From Priapulus caudatus (taxonomy: Eukaryota): a stretch of 20,000 nucleotides of DNA. The DNA is taken from positions 555,906-575,905 of the forward strand of contig NW_014577089.1 of NCBI RefSeq assembly GCF_000485595.1. The letters run 5' to 3'. Below are positions 1-20,000 of the stretch, piece after piece. Each line of letters begins with the position of its first letter. Position 1 is the stretch's first letter. The translations under genes were made by a program, and so were the position numbers. The notes below the pieces were generated by a model. That model was not told the DNA's origin, did no database searches, and saw only the letters and a list, made by a program, of their open reading frames with translations.

Positions 1-11409
<11,409 letters not shown>

Positions 11410-11660
11410 CTGCAGAAAATTAAACCAAATTATTACATTATGATTATGTAAAATTACGAGTCTATCACAAACTTCTGACTACGTACACTTAGCATTTCGC
11501 ACACAGCGAGAAAGAATGCTCCTCACACGCATGCAGGCTTACACGCAGATGGCAGGATTGGAGTGATCATACACCGCGATTTTGAGAACGATAATACGTG
11601 CGGTATCTGCATGCTGCCCCTACATTTACCTGTGTTACTGTGTAATTCAGCATGCAAGTA

Positions 11661-11728
11661 CATACACGCACGCACGCACACACGCACGCACGCACACACG
11701 CACACATACACGCACGCACGCCCGCACG
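11661..11728. repeat. (GCAC)n/(CA)n compound microsatellite
   Basis: catacacgcacgcacgcacacacgcacgcacgcacacacgcacacatacacgcacgcacg; the source of several spurious overlapping ORFs. Confidence 0.85.
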
Positions 11729-12670
11729 ATATCTATATATTACGTGGATTTTCATGCGTCATCTATCATTCATGAGTAGTCAAAGGAGAAATATCAAAGG
11801 CACGTCATCCTTTACGTGGTCACCCGGAGCCTGTCTCTCAGAAGCTCACATCGTGGCCAGATGTATTAGGAACTGTGCAGTGCACACTGCGTTCATTTAC
11901 ATATAGCAATGCAAATATTCGGTTCATGTGAATACGCGTACATTCACAAGGTCCGTATCAATTACATACTAGAGAATTAATTTAATTTAATTCTGCAGAC
12001 GTTTGAAGTGAACCACCGAGTCTACGCAGTATGGTGAACGCATATATATATATGACAAGGGTCTGTGGACGACGCTCTAGCAATGCAGACACGTTAGCCA
12101 CAGGAATGCTATAACCAGGAAACACGGATTTATAAGCAGATGTTCACTAATGATATATGTCACGTTCACTAAATAATGAATACAATTGCCACTGATTACT
12201 GATTATATAACAGCTAGTGAATGACAGTGGACGTGTAGGAACCCAGGAAAAATTATGGAAATTCCACAATTATTTCGAATTCAACCATGCCTTACCACTA
12301 GTCTACGCGAGTGCCGCCCCGCATTAGCTACACTACGTTAAATAGAAGTATGCGGAGCAGTATTGAAAAATCGTTATTAGGATGCTAGCTGTTCATATAC
12401 ACACGTGCACGTGGTTGTTGACTAATGAGTGAGCGCATGTATACGCAGTACGAAGCGTGGACAACCTTACATCAAGCATGCATGGCGCGCCAGTGCCTAA
12501 TTGCTGATCTCACGGATTCCCCAGCGCGCCGAGTGAGGTCTAGCAGGTCTAGCTTCGCTATCGACGAGACTTCGCACAATTTCCGACTCGGCGAAGTTGC
12601 TACGTATTCTTCCAAGTTTGAGTGAACTTTTGGAGACTACTCTCAGGTGATCAATAGCAATTTAGGACTT

Positions 12671-12684
12671 GTTTCCATAGCAAC
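12671..12684. promoter_or_regulatory. RFX X-box-like motif (intronic)
   Basis: GTTTCCATAGCAAC fits the palindromic X-box consensus; there is no evidence of function. Confidence 0.3.
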
Positions 12685-13312
12685 ACATGCGTAGCTGCTA
12701 CCTGCACAACACGGCTCAAACGGAGTATAACTTTACGTTACGTTTGTCTCCTAGGTTGATAAAACTGTAAAATAACGTTAATATCTACATGAATTCCAGA
12801 TAAACAGTAAGTTTTTACTGTTCATATCATCATTTGTCAAAATATGCATCATAATATTTTTCAACAACCAGTAGGCACACAATCAATATTCACGTTTTTG
12901 TGTAAGTTGCATTCCTACAATCTCCATAGAGCCACACAAAAAGTAATAAAATAGGTTTTCAGCCAAAAATAATTTCCTGCGCAGAAATTGCCTCAATGTT
13001 TTGCGTGAATTTGCAGTAAACATGTTAGACAGATATATGGATTGGCAGACCAGAAAATGCCATCACGACCGTCTGCGCTGGATCGATTTCCTAATTACAC
13101 ATTGTCATTATATAAAACATGCTGTCTGTTTGGTTGATCGCAGTACTGGTTTGGCTAGAGCCGGTTGATTATGTTGATTAAACTAGGTAAGTATGGTCAA
13201 TTCCTGGGCAATATATTTTAGAACATATCCTATTGCAACAATAATTTGCTAGAGCTGTCTGGAAATCACGTCAAGATAATAAGTGAGATCGGAAAGTCTC
13301 AGCGTCAATTAA

Positions 13313-14241
13313 AGGACAATTGAAGTCAAATTTCATAACTTCTGTAACGTTTTTATACATAGAAATACATTCAATAACGTATTCAATTTCAAATCTAGCG
13401 CCCAATTAGTAATAAACACAATAGAAATAACTGAATAGTAATCTAGGTCATGTGACGTCACAGCCCCATGTTGAGCGACGCCATTATGTAAACATAGTGT
13501 GTGCGGTGGTTAAATATTCGTTGTTTTTTGTTATTTCTCATGCTTTATCATGTCAAGACACAAACACAAAACTGTAAATGTACTTATATTCATGTACATA
13601 CATATTACCTGTGTGGATAATGCATTCACGGTATATGTACATGACTTGCCGTGCGTAGATACATGTACATGTACAGATACATGATTCTGATCGAGCGTGA
13701 TAAGCCCGGTGATCAGTGTACTCGCATGACTAACCTGGTCTAGCGTCGAACTGGTCTACAATAACCCTGGTCTTCTCATTCTCATGGCAGCATATACATT
13801 CAGGTGCCGTACTCATTAATTCACAAACACCACAAGAACACCAGTATTTGTCTACAGTCCTATCGGGTACCGAAGCTTCCATTCCGCCATGTTGTGACTG
13901 TTCTGATTCTTGAGAAGTTTGTGCCGATTCTTTGCGTTGCTTTTTCAGACTATTCTCCTCAATTTCTTCTTATAGATTATGATTATGGATATAGGCTCAA
14001 ACCTATATCCAACTGGTAAATCACTATAAATATCATCATCATCTGAGTAATCACTAGAATTGATCATTGAAATTATCGCCGTCTGTTTCCATCTTATACA
14101 CAACACTCAACTTGCGTTAGCGTGGCGTCGCTCAACATGGGGCCATGACGTCACATGGGATTTGAAATGGAATACGTTATTGAATGTATTTCTATGTATA
14201 AAAACGTTACAGAAGTTATGAAATTTGACTTCAATTGTCCT
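13313..14241. mobile_element. Kolobok/T2-type MITE, 929 bp
   Basis: TTAA|AGGACAATTGAAGTCAAATTTC...GAAATTTGACTTCAATTGTCCT|TTAA with ~83-bp near-perfect TIRs, plus a second inverted pair CATGTGACGTCA..GCCCCATGTTGAGCGACGCCA (~13450-13484 / ~14123-14157). Confidence 0.9.
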
Positions 14242-14244
14242 TTA

Positions 14245-14271
14245 AGGTCAAAGGTCAAAGGTCAAAGGTCA
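14245..14271 (+). repeat. (AAGGTCA)n heptamer repeat = four AGGTCA half-sites in DR1 spacing
   Basis: AGGTCA A AGGTCA A AGGTCA A AGGTCA directly after the right TTAA of the Kolobok MITE. Confidence 0.75.
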
Positions 14272-15187
14272 AGCGGTATAACATTGCCTCGGTGCGCCAT
14301 TGGCAAGTACGCGAAAAATTAGATCACTCGTGCGTTTTTCGTTTCTGTACCAACACAAACAGTGCAAAATATCCCAAATTCACATGATGCCCCTGACATC
14401 TGTTCACACTGGTTTCAGTCCTGCCTAACCATCACTACAGAGTTATACCACAAAGATTGAAACAAAACGGAATACCAACTCGATACATTCCGAAAGCAAT
14501 TCATTTATTTAGTTGTTCTATTCAGCGTCGCACACGTGGTTATTTGTATTGTGCGTGAAAGAATACATGAATGTGAAATGACCATGTGAGGCACGACTAC
14601 CTTTGTTAGCTGGCCGTTAACAAAATGACAGCAAAATTAGTTATCAGCTATAATCATTTACTCCTTGTGTTTTTGGAAAGTAAACGATACTAAAACTAAT
14701 AGAATTTTGTGATAATGAAATCAAATGGCTGTCCAAATTTGTCCAGCAGAGACTCTCGCCATGTTATGCATTTGAACATTTTTATAGAAATTGGGATACC
14801 AATGATTTTACTTTAAGAAAACTAAACGTGTTAAAAATAGTATGATCATTCTGAATGTAACTTGTATAAGATTCCGACAGCGGACAAAGCTGCTGATCGA
14901 GTTTCATCTATGTTGTGTTCACTATAAAATGCGAGTTGCAGATTACCGCCTATTTTTTGTTGATTTCTGGCACGTGCACCAACACAATTCATCGTTTTAG
15001 GTCGAAGTTTTTACTGTGAGTTGGTCGTATCTGTAAACCAATAAGATTTCTTTTTGGTAGATTTCAGTCACCTAACTACAAGTCAATCACTTACTATTTG
15101 GTGCGTATATAAGTAACATACATGCATCTTGTCTATACGTTCGCGTGCTTGAGATTGCAGGTACGTTGTATCACGTATCACAGGTAT

Positions 15188-15267
15188 CAGGAGTAGATAA
15201 TAGGGAATAATTCCCTATTATATATTATATATTTCCCTAGGGAATAATTCCCTATTATCTACTCCTG
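15188..15267. mobile_element. 80-bp palindromic mini-MITE with 7-bp TSD (P-superfamily-like)
   Basis: CAGGTAT|CAGGAGTAGATAATAGGGAATAATTCCCTA...TAGGGAATAATTCCCTATTATCTACTCCTG|CAGGTAT; 30-bp TIR with one mismatch. Confidence 0.75.
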
Positions 15268-15519
15268 CAGGTATGTATCTCAACCCGTGATCACTCTGTA
15301 ATCTAGACACCTGCTGTATCAGATTTTCATGATAGAAACATTTTAAATCCCTTCTAATCCGCCTTCGCCTGTCAACCATGGCTGCCAACTAACTGAGCTG
15401 TCACTGCCTGCGCATACAACTAAAAGGTGAGTTGATATCTGTGGGACTGAGCAAACTCATAAGCCACACTGCACGCACAACGTAATATGACAGGCTCTTA
15501 GCCATCGTACAATTTCACG

Positions 15520-15721
15520 GGTGATACTCCATTAGGAGTGTTCCCAACTTTAATGTCATTAATGGTCATAATAACATATATATATATATATGGTCATGGT
15601 CATATATTAGTTTGTGGTTTAATGTCATTTAGGTTAGAGTTAGGGTTAGGGTTAGGATTATCAATCATTAATCATTAATGATATCAAAGTTGGGAACACT
15701 CCTAATGGAGCGTTATAGCCC
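15520..15721. mobile_element. 202-bp element with 8-bp TSD, subterminal inverted repeats and internal (TTAGGG)n
   Basis: TSD ATTTCACG at 15512-15519 and 15722-15729; IR CTCCATTAGGAGTGTTCCCAACTTT (15527-15551) / 15686-15710; ttaggttagagttagggttagggttagg at ~15629-15656. Confidence 0.78.
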
Positions 15722-16615
15722 ATTTCACGACAGACCACACAAATTGCATGGAAGAAATTAAAAGGCATGGAATGTGCGCGGGAAGGTATAGATCAAGGGT
15801 CGGGTGCTAAACTTAATATGGAAAGGAAAAAACTTTCTTTTCCAAACACGTATTTATTATACAGGAGTGATAGAGTAAATACTCTAATTATAATAAACAA
15901 AATCACCAGTGACATTTCAGTGATACTGAATGATATCAGCACTGGTCCACTGGGTTTGATCATTTCAGTCAGCTGAGAGCTTTTTAAGCAAGGGACTATT
16001 TATTTAGAATTTGTTGAACTAGCAATTGCAACCATGCAGGCGAGCCGGGTTAGACCCGCGGACTGTATGTTGCCGACACCCGGTATGGATGGACGGCCAT
16101 ACTGATACCAACAATCTTTTACCTTTCTTCTTGAGAAATCGACTGACAAAAAAGAACATCGGACAATACAAAAGAAAAGGGGCGTTGTCTAGGGGCGGGG
16201 TACTCTGTATGTACTTGTGTGTGCGTGTTATAATAACACACGTATAATGCGTTAAAAAATATGTAAGAAATAATCTTACACAACACTTGGGAACCTTACA
16301 ACCTACACAGGTGTATATGGTTACATAATTATAATCCGTCCAAACAGGGAATTTCCCGACGCTTTTTAGATCAAGTGCTTAGCATAGATAAAATTTCAAA
16401 AAAAGTAAAAAATTGAAACTAATTCATCTCACTTTTGCAAAATTATGCAAATAAAATTATAAATATTTATGAAATATAATATATAAAATAAATGAATTAT
16501 TGGAAAATTATGCAAATAATTGCGAACTTTTACAGTTAGCTAGTATAGTTACAGAAGCACGCAGTATCACTCTCATTATAAGCTTCCCGTTAGAAGTGTA
16601 CAGAAATCCATTCAA

Positions 16616-17502
16616 AACTAGAAAGGGCAGTTGTCGCCAACTACATGTATCCCCCGTGATCTAGTTAAGTATGAATGAAATATCTCTGTAAGAACGTAGA
16701 AGGTAGGTAAAGTTAAATAAGTCACAAAGACAAAGGTTTGTTACACAACTCATCTGCCTGAGATGTGCAAGTATGTTAAAATTGGTTGCCTTAGAGATTT
16801 TGGTACGCGACACACCTTCTCCCCAAGATGTGTAAGTATACCAAGTTTGGTAGCGCTAGGTCAATTAGGGGCCGAGTTATAGAGTGGAAGGGAAATATGA
16901 TCGCGGTCAAGGTATAGGTCAAATAAAGGTCGTAGTGACCTGGTTTTCATACGCTGCGCACCTTCTCCCCAAGATGTGTAAGTATACCAAGTTTGGTAGC
17001 GCTAGGTCAATTAGGGGCCGAGTTATAGAGCGGAAGGAAAATATGATCAAGGTCAAATAAAAGTCGTAGTGACCTGATTTTGGTAGCGCTAGGTCAATTA
17101 GGGGCCGAGTTATAGAGCGGAAGGAAAATATGATCAAGGTCAAGGTAAAGGTCAAATAAATGTCGCAGTGACCTGGTTTTGGTACTCTGCACACCTTCTC
17201 CCCAAGATGTGTAAGTATACCAAGTTTGGTAGCGCTCGGTCAATTAGGGGCCGAGTTATAGAGTGGAAGGAAAATATGATCAAGGTCAAAATAAAGGTCA
17301 AATAAATGTCGCAGTGACCTGGTTTTGGTACTCTGCACACCTTCCCCCCAAGATGTGTAAGTATACCAAGTTTGGTAGCACTCGGTCAATTAGGGGCCGA
17401 GTTAGAGAGCGGAAAGGAAATTCTCTGCAGCAGACCGAGCGGCGGCGGCTGGGGAGACATGAAACCATAGTATCCCCGCCAACTTCGTCGCGGGGGATAC
17501 AA
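16616..17502 (-). mobile_element. Helentron-associated (HINE/DINE-1-like) element with ~4.5 copies of a 146-bp tandem repeat
   Basis: Minus strand: TT-subTIR GTATCCCCCG with adjacent IR hairpin, (GCC)n microsatellite, central tandem repeats (CCTTCTCCCCAAG-like motif at 16815, 16961, 17194, 17340), subTIR CGGGGGATAC, short stem-loop AGTTGGCGACAACT, ending CTTTCTAGTT. Confidence 0.82.
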
Positions 17503-17999
17503 TTACAACCATAATCACCGCGAGAGGCAGAACTACAATTGCATGTAATAGGAGTAAACCGCAGTCTCAACCGAAATCAACGTGGGTAAATGGAGTTGGG
17601 TAATTATTTTAATTCGATGAGACACAAACCGAGAGATCTGATCAACAGGAAGAACAACTCATTCGTAAAACGCAACCCCTTCGATCCCCTCCATCAATCC
17701 CCACGTCAATTCCAGACACATAAACACACCGACACACACACGCACAGCAGTGATACGAGTGCATTCCAGGAAATAACGTACACGCTGATGCTCAGAGTCA
17801 GTGCAGCGAATTTACTGATGCTTCTAATAGCAAATGTAAAAATATCTGACTCGCATCACACGATGTTCGCTCGTTCCGAACTAAGAGAAGGAACAATGCA
17901 ATGCAGTGAGAGCACGCGATAAGGCATGGGGAGTAAGGCACGAGCAGGCGAGTTGATCATGTAAGAGGGCAAGTAGGTAGGCCTACGGCACTGAACCTG

Positions 18000-18370
18000 C
18001 GGCATGGCAGGCATAGCACTAAAATAGGCTACCACGTGCCAGCTGATAGTTCAATTACTGTAGCATATTCCCCCGTACAGCACAGTATTCCAAGTAAAGC
18101 GCAAAAACATGCTACCCTGTGCTAGCTGAATGCCAGGTACAGCACTAAAACATGCTACCCCGTACTAGCTGGCAGGTACAGCACTAAAACATGCTACCCC
18201 GTACTAGCTGGCAGGTACAGCACTAAAACATGCTACCGTACCAGCTGGCGCGTGCGAGCACTTAAAACATGGCTGTACCCCGTACCAGCTGGCAGGTACA
18301 GCACTAAAACATGCTATCCCGTACTAGCTGAGCAGGTACAGCAATAAATGTTTACCCCGCTACCAGCTCG
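18000..18370. repeat. 39-bp minisatellite (GCACTAAAACATGCTACCCCGTACTAGCTGGCAGGTACA), ~9 copies, degenerate at the edges
   Basis: Exact units start at 18142 and 18181, with further imperfect units on both sides. Confidence 0.85.
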
Positions 18371-18516
18371 GCGATACGTGCGACCTCCGCGATTCCACAC
18401 GACACGCCTGATGGCAGTGCGCAGCGTGTCCACACGCACCGCACGCTATATAGCAATGCACGCACGCACGCATACACGCATGCATGCATACGAAAATCCG
18501 ACGCTAATACATCAAT

Positions 18517-18871
18517 AACTAGAAAGGGCAGTTGTCGCCAACTACATGTATCACCCCGTGTTCTCCCCAAGATGTGTAAGTATACGAGTTTGGTCGCGCT
18601 ACGGTCAATTAGGGGCCGCAGTTAGAGAGCGGAATGGGAAAATATGATCCAAGTCAAGGTAAAGGGTCAAAAAAAGCGTCGCAGACTGACTGGTTTTGGT
18701 ACGTTCGCCTCACCGTTCTCCCCAAGATGTGTAAGTATACCAAGTTTGGTAGCGCTAGGTGAATTAGGGGGTCGAGTTAGAGAGCGGAAGGGAAATTGTC
18801 TGCGGCGGCGGCGGCGGCTGGGGAGATATGAAACCATAGTATCCCCGCCGACTTCGTCGCGGGGGATACAA
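18517..18871 (-). mobile_element. Second, shorter HINE copy (same family, under 2 repeat units)
   Basis: Same termini as 16616-17502 (AACTAGAAAGGGCAGTTGTCGCCAACTACATGTATC... and ...GAAACCATAGTATCCCCGCCGACTTCGTCGCGGGGGATACAA). Confidence 0.82.
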
Positions 18872-19586
18872 ATAGCGGCATTCTGCTCGTGCAAACACAG
18901 ACAGGAGTGTTTGCATTTGCTCGCTGAGATTTTAAAGTCATTCTGTCGTTGATCATGGGAGCGTGCGCTGCGCGGCGGGCTGCCGACGCGCCATTCCGCA
19001 CTGAAACACGATACGAAATTGAAAGACGAACTCTCGTCCACGCCGGTACTGGCGGCACATTAGCAGCCGTCTTGCCGCCTGTGTAAGCAAATGCCAACTT
19101 TTCGAGAATCGCGGATGCACCTGACGAACGTGTACTATTAGCAATGATAACTCGGTGTGCTGTTGAAGCTAGTTCTGCCGGTGAAGCCCTTTGCTCCGCC
19201 ACAGCTGCATGGCCATTTTGTATGGTGTATGTCCCGGGTGTGCCCCGTAGCTAATGGCTACGTGTAATTATAGCTACCGAGCAGCATGATCAGCGCAAAC
19301 AAACCTGGATTGAATCTCTGTATCTATGTAGCTATATACCTCGTGTTCGCGATAAAAAAATAAGCGATATAAAAAATATAAAGCGTAACAGTTTCGCTGA
19401 ACCGGGATTGTAGCGACGTAAAAATAATGCCAGTGAAAGTTAATAGGCGACAGAGTGAGTTATGCTGAAAGCCTATAACGCAAAGATTCTGCAAGTAATT
19501 CATACTAATAGTCGTGTGCGTGCGTATTGAGATAGGTGATAGGAGCACCTGAGTAATATCAAGCTCTTCCAGGTAATATCCACCCG

Positions 19587-19685
19587 CATAGCATCCAACT
19601 GAAATATATGAGGACGCAGGGCGACATAGGAATGGCGATCCAGGGCTGTGTCGCCGTGCCACGTGGACGTCGCCAGACCACGTGG
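19587..19685 (+). pseudogene. Possible remnant of an RTE-like LINE ORF C-terminus
   Basis: HSIQLKYMRTQGDIGMAIQGCVAVPRGRRQTTW loosely resembles the ..G...G.R.RGRP...W end motif of RTE-type ORFs; short and weak. Confidence 0.28.
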
Positions 19686-19719
19686 CCAGGGAAAAGCCAC
19701 GCCCACGTTAGGGAGACAG

Positions 19720-20000
19720 GGGAGGAATGGCTGAGAGAAGGGAGGAATGGGTGAGAGAAGGGAGGAATGGGTGAGAGAAGGGAGGAATGGCTGAGAGAAG
19801 GGAGGAATGGTTGAGAGAAGGGAGGAATGGCTGAGAGAAGGGAGGAATGGCTGAGAAAAAGGAGGAATGGCTGAGAGAAGGGAGGAATGGCTGAGAGAAG
19901 GGAGGAATGGCTGAGAAAAAGGAGGAATGGCTGAGAGAAGGGAGGAATGGCTGAGAGAAGGGAGGAATGGCTGAGAGAAGGGAGGAATGGCTGAGAAAAA
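19720..20000. repeat. 20-bp purine-rich minisatellite (GGGAGGAATGGCTGAGAGAA)n, about 14 copies, runs off window
   Basis: Near-identical 20-mers with few variants (GGTG/GTTG for GCTG, GAAAAA). Confidence 0.95.

Noticed and set aside
11563..11775. Plus-strand ORF starting MIIHRDF, looking like a kinase HRD motif
   Set aside because: It is on the wrong strand for the gene, has no kinase context and runs into a (GCAC)n microsatellite; coincidence.
13601..13740. Minus-strand ATT ATC CAC ACAG|gtaat resembling the expected upstream ...IIHR exon end
   Set aside because: It has two extra bases (reads IIHTG), the upstream sequence does not resemble the kinase helix E region, and it lies inside the 13313-14241 MITE.
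15629..15656. TTAGGG repeats as a telomere or chromosome fusion site
   Set aside because: Only about 4 imperfect units, enclosed within a TSD-flanked element.
16919..17570. Repeated ORFs (MCRVPKPGHCDIYL..., LPNLVYLHILGRRCA) suggesting a repeat protein
   Set aside because: They are translations of the 146-bp tandem repeat; the unit is not a multiple of 3 and the frames contain stops.
18000..18370. 39-bp repeats as a possible CRISPR array
   Set aside because: Units are head-to-tail with no unique spacers, there are no cas genes, and the context is a eukaryotic intron.
18644..19202. Overlapping 102-141 aa ORFs
   Set aside because: They derive partly from the HINE end and GC-rich flank, with no domain motifs or splice support.

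Overview
Eukaryotic, animal-like genomic DNA (probably a marine invertebrate, inferred from the repeat types). No prokaryotic system is visible. The window holds the 3' part of an intron-rich STK32/YANK-family Ser/Thr kinase gene on the minus strand: 8 coding exons between 11409 and the left edge, with GT-AG introns and consistent phases, giving 240 codons. No further exon was found in 11410-20000, so that stretch appears to be one intron of >8.5 kb. The introns are packed with non-autonomous transposons: a compound Kolobok/T2-type MITE cluster with a 230-bp spacerless palindrome, a second Kolobok-type MITE, Harbinger-, hAT-, P- and AcademH-like mini-elements with visible target-site duplications (TSDs), a TTAGGG-containing element, and two Helentron-type (HINE) elements carrying a 146-bp tandem repeat. 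There is also a decayed LINE reverse-transcriptase fragment and several mini/microsatellites. Nearly all ORFs in the supplied track are spurious. I see no convincing novel protein-coding system; the most unusual items are the transposon architectures.
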